A stretch of DNA of 64,000 bases, from assembly GCA_016618085.1 (NCBI GenBank), contig JABLTG010000003.1, forward strand, positions 1-64,000, in the 5' to 3' direction. Source of the DNA: Neovahlkampfia damariscottae (lineage: Eukaryota). The notes beneath the pieces were generated by a model. The model did not search any database. It worked only from the letters and a program-made list of their open reading frames with translations, and had not been told where the DNA came from. How positions within the stretch are numbered: the stretch's first letter is position 1; every line of letters starts with the position of its first letter. This document shows, in pieces, positions 23,656 to 36,336 of this stretch. A program made the position numbers and the translations under genes.

Positions 23656-26600
23656 ATGAAGATTAACGAAATTCACCGTGCTGCGGCTTTAACATGGTGT
23701 CCATGTACAGAACATACAGATATCATCGCTACTGGTAGTATTGCTGGTAGTTTAGAAGATTTTTCTTCTGGTTCAAAAATTGAATTGTTTGCGAAAGATT
23801 TAAACAGTTCAGAAGCTAAATTATTAGGAAGTACAAATGCAAATGATAGATTCAATAGATTATCATGGGGTAATCCATTACCTGAAACTTATTCATATGG
23901 TATCATTGCTGGAGCTATGGTGGATGGTACTGTTGGTATTTGGGATGCTTCAAAAATTATTGATGAAGAAAAAACAAAAGACTCACTTTTGACTACTTTA
24001 GATAAACATACAGGTTCTGTTCGTGGACTTTCTTTCAACAAATTACAACCAAATTTGATGGCAACAGCTGGAGAAGACTCAATGATGTATATTTGGAATT
24101 TACAAAAACCAGAAGCACCTGTAGGTTACACTATTCCTGGTAAAAATCCACATACAAATCATGTTATTTCAAACGTTGCTTGGAATCAAAAATTTGACTA
24201 TGTTTGGTTTTTTTTTTTTTTTAATTTTTTTTTAGATTTTAGCAACAAGTTCACATCAAGGTTCTACTGTAGTCTGGGATTTAAAGAATAAAAAACCACT
24301 CAGTACTTTAAAAAATCCAAATACAAAAGATATTAGACGATATTCATCACTTGCTTGGAATCCAGAAGCACCAACTGAATTATTAATTGCTTGTGAAGAT
24401 GATTCATCACCTGTTATTGAATATTGGGATTTACGTAAAGCACATCAACCTTTGAGAGTTTGAAAAAAAAAAAATTAATTTTTTTTAAAAGGAGTTTACT
24501 GGTGGTCACACAAAAGGAATTTTATCAGTTTCATGGTGTCCAGATGATTCAAATCTTCTTTTATCAGGAGGTAAAGATAATAGAGTTATAATTTGGAATC
24601 CTTCAAATGGTGAAATTCTTGGTGAATTACCATCATCTTCAGCTTGGATAAATGATGTTCAATGGTCATCAAGACCATCTATACTGTCAACTGCTTCATA
24701 TGATGGAATTGTAAGTTGATAAAAAAAAAACTTAATTTTCTTTCTTAGATATCAATCCTTTCACTTCAAGATTCGAGTGGAGAACCTAATGAAAATGTTT
24801 CATCAGGTAATATTTCAGGATTTGAACAAGCTCTTGGAACTCAAAACACTCAAAAAGTTGTTAAGAAAAACGTTTTCAAAACAGCACCAAAATGGTTACA
24901 AAGACCAGTTGGAGTTTCATTTGGATTTGGTGGAAAATTATATTCATTCAATTCAAAATCACGTTCAGTCAAAGTTTGATTTTTTTTTTTTTTAACACTT
25001 TAAAAAAAAGGTTGACTCATTTGTCTCAGATGCAGAATTTACAAAAAGATCATTAGAGTTTGAAAACATTATTAAAGAAAAATCCTATCAAAAATATATT
25101 GATAGAAAGCTTGAAAGTTGTAAACCAAAAGAACAATTAATGTGGAATGTTATGAAATCACTTTTTGATGATAATTTTTCAGAATCACTTTTGAAATGTT
25201 TAGGATTTGATAAAGAAGAAATAAAAAAGAAAGTAGAAGAAAAAATACAAAATCCAGAAGAAGTTACAAATGAAGATGAAAAAACTGAAGCTAAACTTAC
25301 AAAAGAAACAGCTGATGAACTTTTAACTTCTTCTTTAATGGTGAATGATTTTGAATCAGCTGTTGAAGTTAGTTTATTAGCTGGTAATATGAGTGATGCT
25401 CTTGTCTTGGCTGCTTGTAAAGGTGGTGAACTTTGGGAAAAAACAAGAACAAAATATTTATCAACTAAAAAATCAATCATGGGAACTCTTTCATTAATTT
25501 TAAATCATAAACTTGAAGACCTTGTCAAAGATTCAGATTTGGAAAAATGGAAAGAAACTTTATCATTAATTTCAACTTTTGGAAAAGAAAAATTCCAAAG
25601 TGCTTCAGGTATGTTTTTTTTTTTTTTTTTTTTACTTTTTTTTAGAACTTTTGGCAAAAAGACTTGAAGAAGAGAAGTTTGATGTTCAATCTGCAACTAT
25701 TTGTTATATGTGTTCAAGAAATCCAGAAAAAACAATTTCCATTTGGTTAAATACACTCGGAACAAAAAAAGATACTGAAGCATTGGTTGAATTTATGGAA
25801 AAAGTTTTGATTTATCAACAAACTTTATCATCATCAACTGTTATTAAATTATCACCTGAACTTGTTGAAAAATATTCAGAATATGCTTCTTTATTAGCTT
25901 CACAAGGTTTAATGTCAAGTTCTTTAAGATATTTGAATATGATTCATGCTCTTTCAAATGATGAAAAATTAGATCTTTTAAGATTTAGAGTTTATCATTC
26001 TTTATCAAAACCATTTGGTGATGTTCCAAAAAATCCATTTAAGAAACTTCAAATTCAAGAAACAAAAAAAGAAACTCATCAAAAACAACAATTAGGAGGA
26101 AGTCAGCAAAATATGCCACAAAATTGGAATGGACAAGTTGTTCAACAACCACAACAATTTAATCAACAACAACAACAACAACAACAACAACCACAACAAT
26201 ACAATACTCCTTATCCATCACCATTTCAACATCAAAATATTCCACGTGGAGGACCAGTTCAAAATCAAACTCAAACATCACAACAAGTTAATACTCCACC
26301 AAAAGAGTTTGGAACAGGAACACATTGGAATCAACCAAAAACAGATTTAAGTGCTCCAATGGTACCATTTTCACAAGTAGGAACAAATCCAATGATGAAT
26401 AAGCAAATGCCACCACCAACATCTGAAAAAGTTTTCAATCCACAAATGCCACAATCATCATTAGATTTAATGAAACAAAAAGAAGAAATTGTTCAACCAA
26501 AAGTTATTCAAAATACAAAACAAACAATACTTCAATTTGATGTCAATTCAGTTCAAGGCGATGCTCAAATGATCATTGATGCGTTAAACAAAGCTCTTCA

Positions 26601-26874
26601 TAAGTGTTTCTCAGGAAATGTTTCAGATAAAAATTTAACAAAGAAAAGAATGGTTGAAAGTGGATTAAATTCATTATTTGAAGATTATAAATCAAATAAA
26701 ATTGGAAATGAATTAACAGCTGATTTATTACAATACGCAAAATATTTAAATGAACAAAATTATTCTGGAACAGAAGAAATGATCAAATCACTTTCATCAA
26801 CACATTGGAAAGAAACAAAATCATTTTCAAAAGGTCTAAAATTTTTGAATCAAATTTTAAAAGATACAAAATAA
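23656..26874 (+). CDS. SEC31: COPII outer coat protein Sec31 (multi-exon)
   Basis: [12 protein letters not shown]40 repeats, [22 protein letters not shown]1 helices, Pro/Gln-rich region, C-terminal helical domain. Confidence 0.93.
26164..26190 (+). repeat. (CAA)9 microsatellite encoding polyQ in Sec31
   Basis: Direct reading of the sequence. Confidence 0.9.
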
Positions 26875-26898
26875 AATTTTTTTATAAAAAAACACTTT

Positions 26899-27471
26899 TT
26901 ATTTTCTGATACATTTACCATTTTTTAAAATTTTTCCAGTTTCACAACGCATAATTTTTGAGCATCTAAAAGGACTTTTTCTTTCATAACCTTGTGGGCA
27001 TTCAATTGGTTCCATTGATTTTGGTAAGTTGACTTTTACATTTGGTTCTTGTGGTACAACGAATTTTGGTACTTTTGGATATTTATTTTTATATTCTTCA
27101 GTAACAACACACTTTTTGTTTGCATTTAATTGGTATCCAGTAGGACAATGAGTAACATGATCTTCAGGTTCATCTAAAAGAACAATTTTTATACATTGAG
27201 AGTCGGAAATTCTTGAGTAATCTGGTGGGCAAATATCTTTTGATTTGATTTTATGGATACATTTAATTCCATCTTGTTTAAATTTTGGTGGACATTTAGT
27301 GAGAAATTTAGCATCAGCAGGTAATTCTTTATAATGTGGGTATGGTATATTCACTGGAATTGTTTTGATATGTTCTCTTTTGATTGTTGTAGTTTTTACT
27401 TCTGGACACTGGTTTCCATAAGCAAAATTTACGAATAATAATGCAAGTAAAACACAGAGAATTGTCTTCAT
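26899..27471 (-). CDS. Secreted protein with CPxGY-type cysteine repeats
   Basis: Signal peptide MKTILCVLLALLFVNFAYG; CPPKF, CPPDY, CPTGY, CPQGY units each followed by a second Cys. Confidence 0.75.
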   Translation of the reverse strand: MKTILCVLLALLFVNFAYGNQCPEVKTTTIKREHIKTIPVNIPYPHYKELPADAKFLTKCPPKFKQDGIKCIHKIKSKDICPPDYSRISDSQCIKIVLLDEPEDHVTHCPTGYQLNANKKCVVTEEYKNKYPKVPKFVVPQEPNVKVNLPKSMEPIECPQGYERKSPFRCSKIMRCETGKILKNGKCIRK

Positions 27472-27615
27472 CTTTTGTTCTTGACTTGGGTGAAATTGAT
27501 TGGTCAATTCAACAAAACAACAAATAAGATTTTTCGACCATAAAACTTGATTTTTTTATTCTATTCCTCATTCCTCGATGTTTTTTTAATTCAAAAATCT
27601 CGCCGACCAATCAAG

Positions 27616-28961
27616 ATGAAGTATTTTTTACTGGTTTTTGTGACATTCTTCAACCTCATCATTGCTAATGCAATTGTACCTTTTAAAATAAATGTCTCAG
27701 ATGATGCTTTAAAAGACTTGAACAAAAGACTTTCAACAACAAGAATGGCTGACCAACTAAAAAACACAACCTGGGAATATGGAACAAGTCAACAAGAATT
27801 ACAAAATCTGATTCATCACTGGAAAACGAAGTATGACTGGAAGCAAAGAGAAAAATATTTAAACACTTTTCCACATTTCAAAACAAAAATTAATAACTTG
27901 AATATTCATTTCATTCACAAAAAATCAAAAAAACCAAATTCAAAAACTATAATCATGTTACATGGATGGCCAGGTAGTTTTGTTGAATGTTTAACAGTGA
28001 TTAATTCATTAACTGGTAAATTGTTTTTGTTTCTCAAATTTAATTTTTTCACAGAATCAAAAGGAAAGGAGAACTTTAATTTTGTTTGTCCATCTTTACC
28101 AGGTTATGGATTCAGTGATAAACCAACAGAAAAAGGATTTGATATTAAAAAAATCGCGTTAACTTTTGTTAAACTAATGGAAAGATTAAATTATACAGAA
28201 TATATCGTTCAAGGTTTTTTTTGTGGAAAATAAACATTATTTAGGTGGTGACTGGGGAAGTTTTATTGCAACCATCATGGCAAGTAATGATAAAAAACAT
28301 TGTAAAGCGGTTCATATAAATTTTGCAGCTGCAAATCCACCACAGAAAACGATTTTTCAAATGATCAAAACAGGGTTAACTTATTTATTCCCAAGGTTGT
28401 TTCTATCAGAAATAGAGATTGAATTACTCACCAGAAGCATGGAAAAATTGGTGTCTGGTATTGGATATTTCGTTCTACAGTCAACAAAACCACAAACAAT
28501 TTCGTATGCATTGAATGGTAAGTTTCTATGAATATTTAAAGAATTTAAAAGATTCTCCTGTTGGTTTGGCAGCTTATATTTTTGAAAAATTTCATGGTTG
28601 GAGTGAAGATTATAAAAAGATTGACAAGAATTTAATTTTGGATAATATTATGATTTATTGGGTGACTGAAACTATTTCTTCATCAGTGAGAACATATTAT
28701 GAATTTGTTCATGTTTATGGGTTGAGAAATTCAGAAGACTTCATTGAACAACCTACTGGGTATCTGGGATTGCCTTTTGATTTAAGTATGTCGCCAAAAA
28801 GTTGGTTGTTGTATAAGTACAATTTGATTAGATACAATCTTAAGAACAGAGGCGGACATTTTGCTTCTTTGGAAGAAACTGAAATATTTGTCGAAGATGT
28901 TCGTGAATTCATTGGAGATGTTCAAAAAATCACCAAATTAAGGTACCAAAATGAGCTGTAA
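27616..28961 (+). CDS. Microsomal-type epoxide hydrolase (EHN + alpha/beta hydrolase)
   Basis: YDWKQREKYLN, MLHGWPGSFVE, PSLPGYGFS, QG/GDWG, DSPVGLAAYI, GGHFASLE. Confidence 0.92.
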
Positions 28962-29206
28962 ATCTCCAAATTCAAACGCATTTAAACGAATAAATATGTT
29001 CGTTTTCATTAATTAATGATCCATTTGTGGGCAGCAAAAGACCTTCCAATATAAGAAATATTTCTTTTCCTTTTTTGTATTTTTTTTGACAAAATAGGTC
29101 ATTAGAACTGCTTAACAGAGGTTTCTATTTCAATTTTGGTGATAAATAATTTTTGAACCTTGGTCCAATAAAACTTCAACGGTAACCAAAAAAAAGTCAA
29201 ACAACA

Positions 29207-30052
29207 ATGACGAAGAAGAGAAAAGAAATAATAACAGACCTTGATACTTTTGGAGAGTTCCTTAATGAGTTTGAAGAACAACACACCAAGGAAGGTACTA
29301 CCAGACAACTATTGTTCTAACTTCTTTTAAAAGAAACGAAGAAAAAATTTCAGACCCAAAATACAAGAAAAGAAGAAGTTATCAAAGACTTGGATACATT
29401 TGGTGATTTCTTAGGTGAATTTGATGAACAACACGATTTAGATGGTAAGTTATTTTTTTTTTCGTGCTAATTCTTTTTAGTAACATTAAACCATCAACAT
29501 AAGGGATTCTCATTGAAGAGGTTATTCCACCATGAACAAAAGAAAAAAGAAATCACATACACCGACTTTCCGAGTAAAAACTGACATTTTTTTTGTTGAC
29601 TTTTAATAGAGTACTTGAAGAAGTACAGTTTGACCCATATGTTACAATATCCAAAACTCAGAGAATACTTGAAAAAAAGTTCAGAAAAATCATTTTGTGC
29701 AGAGAATGTAGATTTTTACGAAGCCATTTTAGATTTTAAAAAATTGAAAAAACAACATGATAGAAATGCAAAAGCAAATGAAATATATTACTCCTTTTTA
29801 GAATTAGGTTCACCTAATGAAGTTAATTTATCTGATCAACAAAAACAAATTATTTACTCAAAAATTAATTGTGCTCCAAAAAATTTGTTTGATGCTGTCG
29901 AATATGAAATACAAAACATGATAAAAACGGAAAATTATTACAGATTCATACACACAGAAGATGATTTCGGTCGAATGTTGCAAGAACATGAAAACATAAT
30001 TTTGAAAGGTGGTCCATCTGGATCAAGTCGGTCAAGTGGAAACATTGCTTGA
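29207..30052 (+). CDS. RGS-domain protein (multi-exon)
   Basis: FCAENVDFYEAILDFK..ANEIYYSFLELGSPNEVNLS..LFD..NYYRF. Confidence 0.85.
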
Positions 30053-30206
30053 ACAATAAATATTAAAATTTTTGGACTTTTCGCTAAGTCTTGTGTCGGA
30101 GATTAAAATTTTCGGCTAAAAAACAACCAATGAATTCATTACCCGATTTTGATCCATTTTTGGAAATTTGGTTTTGTCCCTTGTCCAATTACATTTCTTC
30201 AATTTC

Positions 30207-32715
30207 ATGAAAAGAAGAAGCGGTTTGTATGAAGGACTTCAAGGTCTTTTTGCAAATGCATTTGGTCCAAATGAAAGTTATGAGTCAATAAACTCGAATG
30301 ATATTGACGTAAAAAAAACAAAAACAACAACACCAACCACAAAAGAAATTGAAAAAAAAAAATTCAATAATCCAAATTTTAAAGTTCAAGAAGAAGAAAT
30401 AGATACTGAAAGAACTCTCAGAAGTAGAATACCAACCATGTATATGAAACCAAATCAACAAAAAAAACAAAGAATTGTCATCATTAAAATGTTTGAAAAA
30501 GGAACAAACTATTCAAAAATTATACCAAGAACAATTTCCTTCTTATCTCAAAAAAGATCAAAATATTTAAAACCAGGCGAAAAACTTAATATTTCAGAAA
30601 TTGAAGTCGAAATTTTAATTAAATTAATGAGACAAGATGATCCATGGCTTGAAGAAGTTTCACCAATAACAACAATCCGTATGCTCGATGAAAAATCAAA
30701 AAAATTGATTGATGTCACTGGAAAAGAAGTGTTAAAAATTTCTGATTTGGAAGAAACTTGTTTTTCATTTTTTGTAAAAAGAGAAAATGGTTATCGAGGA
30801 AAAGATGAATTCAAAATTTTTGATTCATTCAAAGAAGCAATTAAATTTGTAAAAAAATATTCACAACAACCAAATTCAAATGTCTGTCGTTATTATGATT
30901 TATATCATCATGGTTATACAATCATTGATCCAGAAGTTGAATTTCCTGTTTACAGAGCAGGAACAAGTCTTGTTAAAATTTTATTTCAAGAAAAAGAAAT
31001 TTTTATTCCAGAAAAAAAAGAAACAAAAAAAATTGAAGTTGCTTCAGAAGAAGATGTAGTTATTGAAGAATGTAAATTTGATATTGAATATAATAAGAAA
31101 CAGAGTTTTCTTGAAGTTTATGAATTCTCAAAATATGTCAATCCAAAATTAATTCCATTAAAAGATCATGAATGTACTTTGGAAACTGAAGTAATCAAAT
31201 GTTTTTTTTTTTGACATTTTTTTTTAGAAAGTAAGAATTGTCACTTGGAAAAAAATCAAACAACTTCCAAAAACAAGAAATGAATTACAAAAATTGAAGA
31301 AATACACAGATTTAGGTATTCCTCCAAAATTACGAAGAGAAATTTATTTTGTGGCTACTGAAACAGTACCTGATGAAAAAGAATATGAAAATATTTTTAA
31401 AAGAGTTTTTGAAACTTATTACCCAATAGATTTCAAAAGAAAAGATGTCAATCCTGAAATATTTCCAACTTTTGGAGGTGACTTCAAACCAGATTTTTAT
31501 TATTTAAATGAAGAAGGTTCAAAAGCAGCAAAAAGAATTCTATGTGTTTTAGCATTTCATAATGGTGAATTACAATATTGTCCAAGAATTGTTCATATTT
31601 GTTGTTTACTTTTATCAGTGATGGAAGAGTTTGAATGTTATCAAGTTATCAATAATATGTTGAAACTTTCAAAAGATACAAATTTCTATATGAGAACAAA
31701 TATATATGAAAATGCAATTCATTTTTATAGTTTTGATAAAATGATTGAAAAGTATGAGAGTAAAATCTCGACTCATCTTAAAAATATTCATTATGATTAT
31801 CTTGAACTTCATAAAAAATGGTATAATGATTTTTGTCATGAAATTGTTCCTTATAGAAATTTACTCGGTATTTTTGATCGTTATATGGTTGAAGGTTTAA
31901 ATGAGTTGTGTCAATCTGCTTATTCAGTTTTCAAATCAAATGAAAAAACTATTTTGACTTTAAAAACAGCAGAAGAAGTTTCTCAATTTTTGAGAACTAG
32001 AACACCTGCTGAAACTGATGTGTTCAAGTATAAAGTCACTGGAAACTTCAAAGCTTTTGAACCACAAGTAAAACCATATGTTGATAAATTGATTTTCAAT
32101 GCAAAATTTGATCGATATTCAAGACCTGTTATTTTGGAACCTTCAAAAATTATTGACAATCCAAATCATTGGGAGTATTTATGTCATAATCTTCCTTATG
32201 GTCAGAGACTTAAAAAATTATCAATGTTTTATACAACTAAAAAAGATGGTTACAATTTAGGCAACATTTATTCACATGCAAAAAATGTTGGACCTATGAT
32301 TATTTTAATTGAAGCAAAACCTATTGATCCAAATGCACAGTCAGAAGTTGTTCAAGATGTTCGTTCACATATTTTGGGTGTTTATTGTGGAGAAGAGATA
32401 AACTTTTCAAATTCTTATGAAGGTACCACAGACACAATGGTTTTTTCATTGAAGCCAGAACACAAATCATTCAGATGGACAAAAAAGAATGATTATTTTT
32501 CTTTGGGAAAAGAAAATACTTTAAGCTTTGGTGGAGGAGGGTAAATTTTTGGTTTGTTGTTAACATCTTTTAGTGATGGACCTGCAATCACATTAGACTC
32601 AGATTTATATAGAGGTTCAAGTTTTAGTTGCGAAACATTTGATAATGAACCTCTTTGTGGAAAATTCAATGACTTTTTAGTGTCATCTATCGAAATTTAC
32701 AAATTCAAATTATAA
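30207..32715 (+). CDS. TBC (Rab-GAP-like) + TLDc protein, TBC1D24-like
   Basis: GIPPKLRREIY, LQYCPRI; TLDc YTTKKDGYNL..GTTDTMVFSL..LSFGGG. Confidence 0.8.
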
Positions 32716-32959
32716 TTGAATTTTCATCCATTGTTGAACCAATAATTTTTGAACTTTTTGATATTTTTATTTTATACTAGGGTTAAAAAAAGAAGAAATA
32801 TTTCAAAATAAAAATCAAATTTGGAGTTGGATTCAAAATGAAAAAACTAAGGAGATTATCCAATAGAATTCATCAACCAATCATCATCATTCTGTTTATC
32901 CAATCAATTTATAACCACAGACATAAAAGGACCATGAAGGTAAAAATATTAGACCTAAA

Positions 32960-33727
32960 ATGAATTCAAACTTCATGATAAATCATCACCGAGAATTATG
33001 CAAATCTCAGAGATTTTTTGAAGCCAGGGAATACCGTCAAAAGCACAAAATCGAAGTTGACTGGAGCCACGTATCGCACCTTATTTCCAAAGAGAGTTTC
33101 CATGAATGCTTGTATTATATCAAAGGCTTTTACGACCTTCAAAATGTCATTGACAACGAGGAAAACGTGGTGGAACTTCAAAAAGCTCAAGTTATGCTCG
33201 AAAATTTTCTCTATTTTGAAGACAAAGAAAACTTGGAAAATACATTAGAAACAAACATCAGGAAAATACTCCTACCAAAGGTTTCTTTTGTTTCAAAAAA
33301 ATATCAAAATTTAGACGCAAAAATCAAATCTGCTTCAAAATCTGCTTTCTCTCAGGTTCTTCTCAAAAAACAACCGCTAGGTGTGCAAAACGGAGTGCCT
33401 TTAAAGAAGAGATTTTCACAAAAAGAAAACTCAACAGAATCGTTTTTCAAAAAACCAGAACCAAGTCAAAAAAAACAAAAGAAAGAATCAGAAAATTTAA
33501 GAGATTTAATATTTGAAGTTCTTGAAACACTTAAAGAACCTGCATCTTGGGACGCTTTAAAAGTTTTAATTCCAGGAGACAAAAACCAAATTTTCCAAGA
33601 GTTAAACGAAATGGTAGCAGAAGACATCATTGAATTAAATCAAATGAATGAAACAAAAAAAGGATATCAAAAAATAAGACTATATGAAATTTCACCTCAA
33701 CAAATTTTTCATAACGTGGATGTATAA
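32960..33727 (+). CDS. Hypothetical protein, possible C-terminal winged helix
   Basis: 255-aa ORF with basic patches; helix pattern LRDLIFEVLE..IFQELNEMVAEDII. Start uncertain. Confidence 0.5.
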   Translation: MNSNFMINHHRELCKSQRFFEAREYRQKHKIEVDWSHVSHLISKESFHECLYYIKGFYDLQNVIDNEENVVELQKAQVMLENFLYFEDKENLENTLETNIRKILLPKVSFVSKKYQNLDAKIKSASKSAFSQVLLKKQPLGVQNGVPLKKRFSQKENSTESFFKKPEPSQKKQKKESENLRDLIFEVLETLKEPASWDALKVLIPGDKNQIFQELNEMVAEDIIELNQMNETKKGYQKIRLYEISPQQIFHNVDV

Positions 33728-33751
33728 TATAACAAAAAAAATGTATTTTTA

Positions 33752-34864
33752 TTATAATTTTGATTTTACATCAAAATCTTTGTTTGTTCTTGTTGTTTGA
33801 TTAAATTGATTCATTGTTGATCCAACACCCACAACATCATACATTAAACGATCAAAAACAGTTGCTGGAAATAAAAATCTCATCAAGTAAATTAAAGTTG
33901 GAAAATAAGGCATAATAATTTGTCCATCTCCTCTTTTAATAGCTTTGATTGATTTTTTTGCAACATATTTTGTTTCAAGGATTGGCATCAAAAAATTAAA
34001 GTTGTTTTTTTTTACACCTTCAAACATTCCTGTGTTGATGAAATAAGGACAAATAATAGTTGCTTGAACACCAGACTAAATTTATCAGTTAACTTTTTTT
34101 TTACGTTATCAAGTCTTTTAGATGCATGTCCCATGTTGTTTAATTCAACTCTTAATGATTCATTGAAACCAAATGCTGCAAATTTTGAAGCAGCATAATC
34201 AGATAAATTAGAAGTTCCAGCCATTCCTCCTGCCGATGAAACAGTAACAATATGACCATGATTTTTTTGAAGCATACTTGGTAAAAATGCTCGAACTGTC
34301 CAAAAATGTGAAATTGCATTAACTCTCATAACCTTTTCAATATCATCATCTTTACTATCAAGAAATGTTACACCTCTTACAATCGCTGAAAAAAAGTTGT
34401 TAAAAATTTAATTTTTTCTTGAACCTGCATTCAAAATGACCATAGTGACATCTCCAACTTCTTCTTGAACAAGTTTTGCTGTTTTATAAATTTGTTCACG
34501 TTCACCAACGTCTACTGAATATGTGAAACATTTTCCTTTTTTTTTTATAAGTTTTTTTTTATTGAAACTTACCTCCTTCATATTTTATTTCTTTTTGTAC
34601 TTTGTCTAAATTTTTTTCATCTCTTGCCCAAATTACAACTGTTGCTCCTTCTTTAGCAATCATTTTTGCCATTTCTTTTCCAATGCCAGAAGTTCCACCT
34701 GTTATGAGAACCTAATGATTTTTAGTTTATTTTTTTTTAACAATTTCATTTTTTAGGTTTTTCATATGTGCCCAAATCCATGCTTCTCTAGCAAGATAGG
34801 ATGTACCAAAAGCACCTAGTAACCATTTAAAATACTTTAAAGTTGATTTTTCGTTTTTGCTCAT
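33752..34864 (-). CDS. Short-chain dehydrogenase/reductase (SDR16C / retinol dehydrogenase-like)
   Basis: [29 protein letters not shown]. Confidence 0.9.
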
Positions 34865-34946
34865 TTTTTGTTCGTGCAGTTTTAACCAATCGCCGAGAAC
34901 TATTGAATGACCACTTTAAAAAGACAACAATCTGAATAAAAAGTTT

Positions 34947-36197
34947 TTATAAAATATTGCATAAATCATCGGAATCAAATTTGTCTCTTAAGATCTCAGG
35001 AATTCTAATTTTTGATTTTTTGATTTTTTCCATTTGACTTTTTTGAATGTAGAAAAGAACATATGCCGTAGAGATACCTTCTAAATGGCCAAGAGCTTCT
35101 GATGAATTGCAAGAATATACCTTTTCATCATTGAATTTCATCCAATTGTCATCACCAACATCAATATAAGTATAATAATGACCTAAGAATATTTTTAACA
35201 ATTTTACAATTTTTACCTGAAGTAGTTGATGATCCTTGATGTACAATAACTGAAGTCAATACATATGTTGTGTCTTGATTTTCCTCAGATTTATCTACAA
35301 AATTTTTCAAATCAATCTCTTGATCATATTTATAATAATCATTGATTTTTGACATGGTATTTGTGTAATAAGAAAATGAAAATCTTTCCAAGTGAAACAT
35401 CAAAATAGGTGGTAATGTTTTAAATAAACAATATTTTGTTGCATCCTTTTCATGAAAATAGTTAGTATGATATTTTTTACTTCTTTTCCATTTCCAGTGT
35501 CGTATTGATTATCTCCAGTTAAAAAAGCCTTCTTTGTATACTCCTTCAAAGATTCACCGATAGTTTTACAATTTTTAATCGGTAATTGAATGTCATAAAA
35601 GTTTTCAATTGAGTTTGATTGATAACTCGATTTTAAACATTCAATTTTATGAATTAAACAACCTTTAAACACATTCAAATCAATTTTATCAGATAATTCA
35701 TCTAATAATATTCTAGTTAATTCATGAATATCTTTATATTTTAAATGTCAATTTTTCAAAATTACCATGTTGAACAAAAGCATCACTGGAATCCCATCCA
35801 AATGATTTCATCAAAGAAGTAGTTGAAATATCTTCTTTCTATTAAAAAAATAAACAGAAAAATTTAATTACACACTCTAAATGATAAAAAAATCTTTGTA
35901 ATTCAAGTGTTAAAGATTCTCCTTCTTCTGTTTCATCACAAATGATATCAAATATTTCTTGACGGAAATATGGAATGTGAAATAAATTTTGAAGAAGTGA
36001 ATTCAAATAACATGTTGCACCCTCTTGTTTGAAATTATTTTTTAGTTTTTTTTTTTACCATTTCTAATTCCAACATACGATTTATTTTTGTTTTTCAATT
36101 CTTTTTTTTCTCTTGGTTTTTGGTCTTCTCTCAAGAACATGTATCCAATTGCTGGAAGAGATATAGACAACGCACCAATTAATTTATAATAGTTCAT
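34947..36197 (-). CDS. Ubiquitin-specific protease (USP/C19) with hydrophobic N-terminus
   Basis: GATCYLNSLLQ Cys box, VQH/DIHEL, VIVHQG..GHYY, WMKFNDEKV, AYVLFY. Confidence 0.88.
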
Positions 36198-36336
36198 TCA
36201 CTTTCCTTCAAAAAAAATGTTGAATTGATATGATTGGTTGTTGTACTACTTGGTATTATTGTCATTTTTTTTAAGAATAGATGGGTTTGGAAAATTGGTC
36301 AAATTTATGGACGTTGAGAAAATCGTCCAATCATTG

